A stretch of 64,000 nucleotides of DNA, from the NCBI GenBank assembly GCA_002869225.1, contig PKTG01000083.1, positions 74,732 to 138,731 on the forward strand, given 5' to 3'. The notes beneath the pieces are model-generated. The model saw only the letters and a list, made by a program, of their open reading frames with translations, was not told where the DNA came from and did no database searches. Positions 40,512-48,510 of the stretch are shown here, in pieces. The first letter of the stretch is position 1; each line of letters starts with the position of its first letter. The DNA comes from Candidatus Muiribacterium halophilum (GTDB lineage: Bacteria; Muiribacteriota; Muiribacteriia; Muiribacteriales; Muiribacteriaceae). A program made the position numbers and the translations under genes.

Positions 40512-40739
40512 CTAGCCATCCTCTTTACCAATGCTTCCGTAGTTTATCCTATCCTCATAATCTCTGCTCATTATCTCGTTCATAAGTTCTTCTGCAAGCA
40601 CTTCCATGTTGAAATCTTTTTGAATATTATCTGTAGACTTCATACCAACCATAAAAGCGGTTACTATTGGTGCTACTACGACGGTAAGAAGTGATATTGT
40701 TATAATTATCTCGACAAGAGTAAAACCTCTTTTTTTCAT
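40512..40739 (-). CDS. Prepilin-type N-terminal cleavage/methylation segment heading the giant reading frame (ends at the in-frame TAG)
   Basis: 75 aa beginning MKKRGFTLVEIIITISLLTVVVAPIV, a class III signal with G/FTLVE. It shares its frame with 34449-40511. Confidence 0.7.
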   Translation of the reverse strand: MKKRGFTLVEIIITISLLTVVVAPIVTAFMVGMKSTDNIQKDFNMEVLAEELMNEIMSRDYEDRINYGSIGKEDG

Positions 40740-40891
40740 ATAAGACTCCCCTCAAAACCTAAACAGCCTAATTTAATTGTAAGACTTTTAAAGTATTTAA
40801 TCAATAACTCTTAATATATAGTACTTGAATATAAGTTGATTTGTTACAGTATGAAGTCTCACTTACTCAACGCTCTAACGTCACAACGTTA

Positions 40892-42208
40892 TTATCTGTA
40901 TACACTTATTCCAAAGAGTGAGCCATCAAGAATATCGAAAATTCTCCAACGATTCTCTTCGTTTTTTCTGAATTTAAAAAGGGTAAATCCGTTCACCTTT
41001 TCGGTCTTTCCATCGGCTGTATATGTGAGATCTGATTCCCAATCGACACCGATCTCTATACTCTTTTCAAATTTCATAAAATTTCTTATATCATAGTGAA
41101 TATAGAAAAAATCCTTATCATAGAAAAAATCTATAAGATTATCACTTATCACATTCATATTTCCGCGATATTCTATCTGATCAAAATATGCCAAAACACC
41201 ACTATATTCTTCATCTTTTAAATAATACACAAGACTTTCCATATACCTTTCCAGCTGCTGTCTATCATTTTCATTCAGATATGTCACCTTAACACTATAG
41301 AAAGTCTTACCTGAATCAAATCCATCTGTATCGCGAGCTAATATCTTTATAAGATATGTCTTCTTTGCCTGAGGCTCGAACTGATATCTGAATGGCGATA
41401 CACCTTCAGCCTGAAGATATGTCTTCCCACCATCTACTGAAATCAGTATGCTTCTTATATCTTTAGCAAACGATTTACCGATCTCTCCACTTATTATGAT
41501 CTTTCCTCTGATAAGATCATCCTTATTTATAAAGAGCTCATCTTTTTCATCAACAAATACATTACATATCTTAAGACCTCTAAATTTCACAAAAAATGGA
41601 TCACCCTGTTTAAAAGGTTCATCAACACCAGCCTGAAAATCCTCCTTCACATCCTGGAGTCTTGCCTTAGCCATCATCTTTTCTTTTGAAATACTAGTTG
41701 GTTCAGGTTCTACCGGGCCGTAATCAGGTGTTATTATAGTCTGATAAGCGTTCAACACCCTTAATTTACCATTTGGACCTTTTGCCCAGAACTCATTATC
41801 ATTTGATATTCCCCACATAAAATTTGAATTTGCAGTAATAATAAAACTACCTGCTTCAAATTCAAAAAAGTTATTCCCCTGATAAAATCTTATACTTCTA
41901 TCAAGATTTTTTGCTTCCAATCCAACCATACCATTTATTTCATAAGAATTTTTTGATTTTCTTTTGACCAAAGTATCAGGTTCAAGTCTCAGTACAGAAC
42001 CATCGTAAAGTCTTATCGAACATCTTGATAGAGGAAGTGTTCTTATATAATCTCCTCTATTTATATTCATATTCTCAACGACTTTTTTCCAGTTCTCCCC
42101 TCTTCTCTTTATCTGTGCTTTACCTGAGAAATCTATTACATTATCCGAAAAAGCTAAAAAAGCTGTACAAATAATGAGGGTAATTAAAATTATTTTTTTA
42201 TCAAACAT
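40892..42208 (-). CDS. Secreted FecR-domain-like protein
   Basis: The likely start is MFDKKIILITLIICTAFLAFS, with GTAGGAG upstream. The track's 32-codon N-terminal extension is a translation of the hairpin element. A FecR-like stretch is present (GKAQIKRRGENWKKV...GDYIRTLPLSRCSIRLYDGSVLRLEPDT). Confidence 0.5.
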   Translation of the reverse strand: MFDKKIILITLIICTAFLAFSDNVIDFSGKAQIKRRGENWKKVVENMNINRGDYIRTLPLSRCSIRLYDGSVLRLEPDTLVKRKSKNSYEINGMVGLEAKNLDRSIRFYQGNNFFEFEAGSFIITANSNFMWGISNDNEFWAKGPNGKLRVLNAYQTIITPDYGPVEPEPTSISKEKMMAKARLQDVKEDFQAGVDEPFKQGDPFFVKFRGLKICNVFVDEKDELFINKDDLIRGKIIISGEIGKSFAKDIRSILISVDGGKTYLQAEGVSPFRYQFEPQAKKTYLIKILARDTDGFDSGKTFYSVKVTYLNENDRQQLERYMESLVYYLKDEEYSGVLAYFDQIEYRGNMNVISDNLIDFFYDKDFFYIHYDIRNFMKFEKSIEIGVDWESDLTYTADGKTEKVNGFTLFKFRKNEENRWRIFDILDGSLFGISVYR

Positions 42209-42280
42209 AAATTCTCCTACAAATATTATTTTATAAATGATACCTTTAATCGTTTTTTTGTTCAACAACAAAAGGCATTT

Positions 42281-42478
42281 TAGCAACTCTGTTGCCGTTG
42301 ACAAACTTCGTTTGTATATTCAACTTACGTTGAAATGCTCACCTTTGCTGAGTGTCTCGGACTTTATTTTAATCTAACCTAAACACTTTCCTTAGGAAAG
42401 CATATGAGCTTTAGCTCATCATTTTTTTCGAAGAAAAAATAATTTGGCTTTTGCCAAATAACCGTTATCTGCACTGTT
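42281..42478 (-). repeat. Intergenic multi-hairpin element, copy 1 (possible structured RNA or REP/BIME-like repeat)
   Basis: Eight consecutive stem-loops beginning directly after the upstream stop codon. It is about 90 percent identical by eye to the inverted copy at 50121-50319. On the minus strand the hairpin at 42319-42334 reads TTCAAC-GTAA-GTTGAA, a GNRA loop. Confidence 0.7.
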
Positions 42479-43954
42479 CTAATGTTTCTCAAACACCATC
42501 GAATCACCTGACTTTTTATACTTAAAGATATTTGTTTTATCAGGTAGCTGTTTTAAAATATCTATATTACCAAAAAGATGCATTGGTACAAATAATCCAG
42601 GTCTTAAAGCATCCATTATATCTTTAGCACCTGATAAATCCCGCACCCTATTGTCAGCATTAGAAAATACAATATCAAAAGGTTTTTTTTTCTTTAGATT
42701 TTCAACAGTATCAAAAAAATATTTCACATAAAGTTCAAATTCCTGTTTACTTAGACCTTCCCAATACCAGCTGGCAAGATCACCCCCAAAGTATATTCTT
42801 AATCCTTTCCATTCTAAAATATATGCCATTCCCTCATCGTTACTTTTAATGGTTGACACTTTTAAATCTTTATCTTTAAAGGAATCATTATCCGTTTTTA
42901 AAGATATGACATCTTTTTTATCTATTTTGATGTTTTCAGGAACAAATATTCTAAGCTTTTTATCCTTAAAAAAAGATAGATCCTTTGTAAAATGATCACT
43001 ATGACCATGTGAGAAAAAGAGATTTATATTCTCAGGTGATATTTTATCTATAAGTGAAAAGACATTTTCTTCTATAAAAGATTTGTCAGGTACATCAAAT
43101 AAAATACCCTCCTCACCATGTTTAATTAAAAAACAGTTCTGATAAAAGTAAACAATTTCAAATCTACCCATGTTATCTCCTTTAATCTTCAAAAGATCAT
43201 TTTCAAAAAAAATTATTAAAGATAGAAAAATACATACAAAATATATGTAGTTTTTCTTTACAAACTTTATTTTTATAAGAAATAGATTGATAAAAGCAAA
43301 TACAGAAAGTAAATAAGACTTAAAATATATATCAGTGAAGAATATGGTAATATTGAGTGAATAAATCAAAAACCAAATTGGAAATCTAAGATTAAACCAG
43401 TTGAATACTTTTGCTTCTTTGTCCCCTTTGGTATCGTTTATATCTTTAAAAGCCATCATCAAAAACGCATAAAAAATAAAGTTTAATAGAAATATCTTGT
43501 CTAAACCTTCAGGTCTGTTTAATAATATTGATAAGGCGACTATTAAAACAACAATATTACCTGAAATATTTCTTTTCGCTCTGAATGGAGGAATTGAATA
43601 TATTATTCCACCGGTCATGACAATGATTGATAATATCAATATTTTTTGAGAAAAATAAACAATCGGTATCATTATCCCAAGAAAAAAAAGAAATATTGAA
43701 TAGTTCCTAATATTTTTTCCACCGAGATCATTGATAAGTTTAATCCTTTTAGGCTTATTTATACTATCTTCTTTTTTGTCTGTCAGGATATTTATAGTAT
43801 ATATGAAATTAAAAGGTATTAAAGAAAAAAAGAATGCTAAAGCAAGTGTTTGAAAAACATTGTTATTATCGAAAGAATAAAAGGATAGCAAAAAAACCAA
43901 AAGAAAAATATCAAATCTGTAGGTTTTAGGAAATAATAATATTATTTTTATCAT
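42479..43954 (-). CDS. UbiA-family prenyltransferase fused to an MBL-fold metallo-hydrolase domain
   Basis: 491 aa. The N-terminal multi-TM half has NILTDKKED (NxxxDxxxD) and DINDTKGD (DxxDxxxD). The C-terminal soluble half has SHGHSDH (HxHxDH). Confidence 0.7.
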   Translation of the reverse strand: MIKIILLFPKTYRFDIFLLVFLLSFYSFDNNNVFQTLALAFFFSLIPFNFIYTINILTDKKEDSINKPKRIKLINDLGGKNIRNYSIFLFFLGIMIPIVYFSQKILILSIIVMTGGIIYSIPPFRAKRNISGNIVVLIVALSILLNRPEGLDKIFLLNFIFYAFLMMAFKDINDTKGDKEAKVFNWFNLRFPIWFLIYSLNITIFFTDIYFKSYLLSVFAFINLFLIKIKFVKKNYIYFVCIFLSLIIFFENDLLKIKGDNMGRFEIVYFYQNCFLIKHGEEGILFDVPDKSFIEENVFSLIDKISPENINLFFSHGHSDHFTKDLSFFKDKKLRIFVPENIKIDKKDVISLKTDNDSFKDKDLKVSTIKSNDEGMAYILEWKGLRIYFGGDLASWYWEGLSKQEFELYVKYFFDTVENLKKKKPFDIVFSNADNRVRDLSGAKDIMDALRPGLFVPMHLFGNIDILKQLPDKTNIFKYKKSGDSMVFEKH

Positions 43955-44523
43955 AACATTTCTTTTTTGAACTCTTCTGCTGGAAACATACCGTTTATAG
44001 TGATTTTACCACTTTGATTTATTCTTATCTCAACACAGTTTTTTTGTTCAAATAACTCTTTTTCAGATATTCGTTCAGATAAGAATCTGAAATTCTGATT
44101 CTTTGAACCAACAAAAGGTCTTTTTGCCTCTTTTTCAATTTGAATAAACCTTCCATCTATAAGAAGATCAATATTTTCCAAAAGTTCTGAACACCTCTTG
44201 TCCTTTTTCAGTAATTCATGATATTCATAACCTGTAAACACTATGATATCCTTTTTTTCCTTTACTCCATGGATTATATCATATAGCTGATCAAACTGAT
44301 CGAAAGGTTCACCACCAGATATTGTTATTCCACGAGTTTCCTGTGAAAGTATCAATCCGATAATCTCAGAGACCTTCTTTGAAAAACCTTTATCTTTTTC
44401 CCAGGTATGTTTGGCAAAACATCCATCACATCGATGAGAACAACCCTGAAACCATAAGGCTGTTCTTACACCCGGTCCTTCTACCGATGTTTTTAAAATG
44501 ATATGATTTAATCTTGCATACAT
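43951..44523 (-). CDS. Small radical-SAM activating enzyme (NrdG / glycyl-radical activase-like)
   Basis: 190 aa with VEGPGVRTALWFQGCSHRCDGCF (CxxxCxxC) and ITISGGEP. No glycyl-radical enzyme or NrdD lies nearby. Confidence 0.7.
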   Translation of the reverse strand: MYARLNHIILKTSVEGPGVRTALWFQGCSHRCDGCFAKHTWEKDKGFSKKVSEIIGLILSQETRGITISGGEPFDQFDQLYDIIHGVKEKKDIIVFTGYEYHELLKKDKRCSELLENIDLLIDGRFIQIEKEAKRPFVGSKNQNFRFLSERISEKELFEQKNCVEIRINQSGKITINGMFPAEEFKKEML

Positions 44524-44527
44524 TTTC

Positions 44528-44746
44528 TTAATCCTGAATTATTCTATTTTTATCTACTATCTTATCTTTTAGGTCTACCTTAACGTCTTCCTCATAATAT
44601 TCTTCAGTAAACTCAGATCTAAGGGTCTTTGCATTTAAAATATTTTCAAGAATAGAAATATTTTTAAGACATTTTTTCCCTTTTATATTTTTCGTCTGTG
44701 CTTCTATCGTTCCATCTGGTCTTATCTTGACAATTATCTCTCCCAT
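44528..44746 (-). CDS. DUF2997-like small protein
   Basis: 72 aa. MGEIIVKIRPDGTIEAQTKNIKGKKCLKNISILENIL...EFTEEYYE fits my recollection of the DUF2997 pattern (i.i.pdG.v...v.G.kG..C). Confidence 0.5.
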   Translation of the reverse strand: MGEIIVKIRPDGTIEAQTKNIKGKKCLKNISILENILNAKTLRSEFTEEYYEEDVKVDLKDKIVDKNRIIQD

Positions 44747-44757
44747 AATAGTTCCCC

Positions 44758-45342
44758 CTAAAAATCAATTATTATTCCTTTTCTTTCAGGAGTCATTATT
44801 GTGATCTCCTGTTTGATCTCTTCTGATTTATGAGCAAAATCTATCTGACTCTCAATAGAACCAATATGATGTGGCATGATCTCAAACTTATCAACAAGAT
44901 CATATACATCATCAATAAATATTCCTTCCTGTCGATCATCAAGTATGTTTTGAGCATTTTTTAATGATAATCCAGGCACTTTAAGAAGTTCATTTAGATC
45001 ACAATAGTTTATTTTTATTTTTTGTTCATCATCTATCGATTTTATTTTTTCTTTAATCTTATCACTATCACCAAAAAGATTTTTCACAGGTTGAAATTCT
45101 CTTTCGTCTACTTTTCTTATATATATTTTATCTTTATTCTTTAACGTACCATTTAACATATCTTTTATTAATTTATCATTATAAGGTCCAAATTCTTTCA
45201 TATCCACCAGTAGGATATATTTTTGATCCTCTTTATTTTCCTTAAAAATATTTTCAATATCTATAAGAAAGGAAAATATATTATTTTTAGACCTTTCCGA
45301 CATCAAAGTTATCTTAATCTCATGATCCTCGTTTATTAACAA
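44758..45342 (-). CDS. Hypothetical protein with a ComEA-like helix-hairpin-helix motif
   Basis: 194 aa. DLNELLKVPGLSLKNAQNILDDRQ resembles the ComEA/HhH DNA-binding motif. Confidence 0.45.
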   Translation of the reverse strand: MLINEDHEIKITLMSERSKNNIFSFLIDIENIFKENKEDQKYILLVDMKEFGPYNDKLIKDMLNGTLKNKDKIYIRKVDEREFQPVKNLFGDSDKIKEKIKSIDDEQKIKINYCDLNELLKVPGLSLKNAQNILDDRQEGIFIDDVYDLVDKFEIMPHHIGSIESQIDFAHKSEEIKQEITIMTPERKGIIIDF

Positions 45343-45738
45343 TTAATTAACCGCTATCTTAAAATCTTTAATATCTTTATAATCTAAAAAAACAGGTTTA
45401 GACATAAAGTTTTTATAATGCATTCCTTTAGTGGTAAGACAAAAACCATTTTGCATGTTCTTTTTTATAGTATCATCATAGAAAGCAAGAACCTCTTCTT
45501 CGCCTTTAATATCAGGGAATATGTTTTTTACTTTTTTGATAAATTCAGAAGAAATGTGACCAAAAGATCTGATTCTTTCAGAAGATGTAACATTTTTTTC
45601 AAGTGCTCTAAAAATATCTTTACCTTCACCGAGCAATTTAACTGGTATTTCTTTTTTTTCTAAAACCACTTTTTTTCCACAGTATTTACAAAATTTTGCG
45701 TTTTCATTTATTTTTCTCCTACAGTGATCGCATATCAT
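45343..45738 (-). CDS. Zinc-ribbon protein with a PH/GRAM-like C-terminal domain
   Basis: MICDHCRRKINENAKFCKYCGKK is a CxxC...CxxC ribbon. GGAGG lies 11 nt upstream of the ATG at 45736-45738. Confidence 0.5.
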   Translation of the reverse strand: MICDHCRRKINENAKFCKYCGKKVVLEKKEIPVKLLGEGKDIFRALEKNVTSSERIRSFGHISSEFIKKVKNIFPDIKGEEEVLAFYDDTIKKNMQNGFCLTTKGMHYKNFMSKPVFLDYKDIKDFKIAVN

Positions 45739-45744
45739 CAAAAA

Positions 45745-46473
45745 CTAATCCTCCGTCTTTAATGTGATCACAATACTTCTGTCCTGTTGCCTGGTTTCAC
45801 TTACTACAGTGTATTCAGAATCCTTCAAGTTATCCATAAAATTCTGATAGGTTCTCTTCTGTATTCTACTTCTATAACTTTCATCTAATACACCTATCAA
45901 GGATAACATCTCAGAAGCATCCTTGAACGATTCAAACCTAACAAAAAAAGGCGAATCATTATTTTCCTGAATAAATCTGATACTATTACCAGTTGCATTG
46001 CAGACCAAATCACCATTATTTTCTTCTTCACAACTCATTCCATATTCCCGTATAACCTTTTTTAATAGTTCTTTATCTTTAAAATTTGTTGGAAACTCTT
46101 TTATTTCCTCTATTTCCAATTTTTTTGTATCAATATTTTCTTTCAGATTAGTTCCAGATGATGAATCGAACTCATTTATAAACTGTTTTATAAAGACGTC
46201 ACCTAAATATTTCGGAAAACAAAAAGTCCAGACACCTTCTATTTTATCAATAAAAAAATAATCGTCTTTATCTTTTAGATGAACTTTAAGGCTTCCTGCA
46301 AAATCAATGACATCATAACCGATTTTTTTTAAAGCTACTCCAAGTGCTTCTTTCTCACTTATACCTGAACTTACCCTTATCTCGTTCTTTTCTGCTAATT
46401 CCTGTAGTTTCTGTTCACCGATTACAGCCCTCACTGCAAGAGCTATTGGAATCATCCATATACATACAGACAT
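45745..46473 (-). CDS. Hypothetical protein with two DUF1257 (Ycf35)-like repeats
   Basis: 242 aa. The segments EALGVALKKIGYDV...FFIDKIEGVW and ELLKKVIREYGMSCEE...IRFIQENNDSPFFVRF resemble the DUF1257 pattern. The call is tentative. Confidence 0.4.
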   Translation of the reverse strand: MSVCIWMIPIALAVRAVIGEQKLQELAEKNEIRVSSGISEKEALGVALKKIGYDVIDFAGSLKVHLKDKDDYFFIDKIEGVWTFCFPKYLGDVFIKQFINEFDSSSGTNLKENIDTKKLEIEEIKEFPTNFKDKELLKKVIREYGMSCEEENNGDLVCNATGNSIRFIQENNDSPFFVRFESFKDASEMLSLIGVLDESYRSRIQKRTYQNFMDNLKDSEYTVVSETRQQDRSIVITLKTED

Positions 46474-46508
46474 ATTTTTCTCCTTCGCTAATTGAACTCA
46501 GTCGTGTT

Positions 46509-46705
46509 TAGCAACTATGTTGCTGATAACAACTTTAAAGTTGTGTATTCAACTTTCGTTGAAGTGCTTTGCTTTGCAAAGTGTAAAATCTTTCAAAAAC
46601 TCTTTCTGAACAGAAAGCAAACGAACTTTAGTTCGTCATTCTTTTTTCGCTAGAAAAAACATATTGTTCAATGAACAATCATCAGATTTGTTCTTAAAAA
46701 GAACT
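46509..46705 (-). repeat. Intergenic multi-hairpin element, copy 2 (diverged, with compensatory stem changes)
   Basis: Same hairpin order as copies 1 and 3 but different stem sequences that still pair, for example ACGAAC/GTTCGT against ATGAGC/GCTCAT. On the minus strand the hairpin at 46548-46563 reads TTCAAC-GAAA-GTTGAA. Confidence 0.7.
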
Positions 46706-46709
46706 AATC

Positions 46710-48434
46710 TTATATATCCAATGTTCTTCCACCACGATTCTGATATATATCCTCTTTTGTCTCAAACTCTTCTATATTATCACTATAATCTTTTCTATCT
46801 TCCTTAGATGTGGCCGATACAGCTCTTAAATTAGCCCATGACCTTATACTTAGAATATTTTCCTTCATTGTCTCTGATAATGGTATTGTATCCTTAACGG
46901 CTTTTAAAAAATCATCCGGCCTTATATTTCTTTCCTCCGAAAAACCTTCAAACAAGGCACTTATGACTATTTGTTCTAATTCCGCACCCGTGAATCCTTC
47001 CGTTATAGAAGCTAGTTTTTCGACAAAATTCTTTGATATTTTAAAATCTCCTAAAATATCTTTGTTTTTAAGTCGTTTAACTAGATGAACAAGAAGAATC
47101 GCTTCTCTTTCCCTTTGTGTAGGAATATCTACGAAGAAGATCTCATCGAATCTTCCTTTTCTTAAAAATTCAGAAGGTAATGCATTAATATTATTAGCTG
47201 TGGCAACAACAAATACGGGTTTCTTTTTCTCCTGCATCCATGTAAGAAAGGTTCCGAATATTCTTGCTGATGTGCCTGAATCTCCTCTTCCACCTGAACC
47301 AGAAAAACCTTTTTCTATTTCATCTATCCAAAGAATTGAAGGAGCAACAGCTTCAGCTGTACTAATAGCTTTTCTCATATTTTCTTCAGAACTACCAACA
47401 ATTCCTTGAAAGATCCTACCCATATCCAACCTTAGAAGTGGCAGTTGCCACATAGAAGATATAGATTTTGCAACAAGACTCTTTCCACAACCAGGGACAC
47501 CAGTAATGAGTACTCCTTTAGGTGCAGGAATAGAATATTTCTTTGCTTTATCCTGCCATGATTTGTTTCTTTTCGTTAGCCATCTTTTGAGATTTTCCAA
47601 TCCCCCTACATCGTCCATGTTCAGCTCAGTATTAATAAACTCCAATATCCCTGTTTTTCTTATTATCTGTTGTTTTTCCTCAAATATTACTTTGACATCC
47701 TTTATATTAAGACAACCATCATGTGCCATAGCCCGGGCGAAAGCATTTTCGGCTTCCTGAAGAGTTAGTCCCTGTGCTGCTTTAACAAGTCTCTCTTTAA
47801 CATAATCATTTATCTCAAATTTTATCTTACCTGTATCTTTATTCTGATCTATTATATCATTTAAGACTTTCATGATATCTTCGTAAGCAGGAAGGTCAAA
47901 TTCAAGTATAGTCATATCTTTTTGAAGTTCTATCGGAAGACAAACAACAGGTGATGTGAATACAATATTTTTAGGGCTATTACCATTTTTAATTACCGGT
48001 GATAGATCCCTTAATCTTCTAATCACATTAGGATCAGGTTGAGAATTATTATACCCAAAAAATACATGGAAATCCTTTAGCATAAAAACAGAAGGATTCT
48101 CGTATTTTTCTATAAAACTCAAAGCTTTCATTGGATCTTTAGTATTACTAACCAGTTCGTTTTTTTCGCCTTTTTTTATAAGACCTTTTGTAGAAGTCCA
48201 TGTGTAAAGGTCTCTTTCAGTCTTTATGATCTCTTTCGTAGTTGAGATCTTTTTAAGAATATCCTCAAGTCGATTTTCCTCCCATGTAGGTATGTAAATA
48301 TAAGAAAATCTTGCTTTAAAGAGATCTGATAGATGTTTTATAAATGCATTATTCAAAATAAAACTCCTTCTAGTCGTTTTATGTAAACGGATTTGTTCAG
48401 TTCTTGTAAGTAAATCTTTGTTTTTGTTAAGCAT
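46710..48434 (-). CDS. AAA+ ATPase, Ycf46-like (classical AAA clade)
   Basis: 574 aa with Walker A (GVPGCGKS), Walker B (ILWIDEIE) and a second region of homology (ATANNINALPSEFLRKGRFD). Confidence 0.8.
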   Translation of the reverse strand: MLNKNKDLLTRTEQIRLHKTTRRSFILNNAFIKHLSDLFKARFSYIYIPTWEENRLEDILKKISTTKEIIKTERDLYTWTSTKGLIKKGEKNELVSNTKDPMKALSFIEKYENPSVFMLKDFHVFFGYNNSQPDPNVIRRLRDLSPVIKNGNSPKNIVFTSPVVCLPIELQKDMTILEFDLPAYEDIMKVLNDIIDQNKDTGKIKFEINDYVKERLVKAAQGLTLQEAENAFARAMAHDGCLNIKDVKVIFEEKQQIIRKTGILEFINTELNMDDVGGLENLKRWLTKRNKSWQDKAKKYSIPAPKGVLITGVPGCGKSLVAKSISSMWQLPLLRLDMGRIFQGIVGSSEENMRKAISTAEAVAPSILWIDEIEKGFSGSGGRGDSGTSARIFGTFLTWMQEKKKPVFVVATANNINALPSEFLRKGRFDEIFFVDIPTQREREAILLVHLVKRLKNKDILGDFKISKNFVEKLASITEGFTGAELEQIVISALFEGFSEERNIRPDDFLKAVKDTIPLSETMKENILSIRSWANLRAVSATSKEDRKDYSDNIEEFETKEDIYQNRGGRTLDI

Positions 48435-48510
48435 CCCTTTTGTTAGTCAGTATATTGTTTACAAGAGGCAATCCCGCTCACTAGAACTTTAGTTCGATCA
48501 CAAATCAAAT
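48435..48510 (-). repeat. Short hairpin pair related to the multi-hairpin elements
   Basis: The plus-strand text has GAAC-TTTA-GTTC and CAAATCAAA-TTTA-TTTGATTTG. On the minus strand the loops read TAAA, matching hairpins H1 and H3 of the larger elements. It starts directly after a stop codon. Confidence 0.45.

Noticed and set aside
42209-42304. The N-terminal 32 codons of track ORF 40892-42304 (MSTATELLKCLLLLNKK...)
   Set aside because: This stretch is a translation of the hairpin-array element and its spacer. A proper RBS (GTAGGAG) and signal peptide begin at the ATG at 42206-42208.
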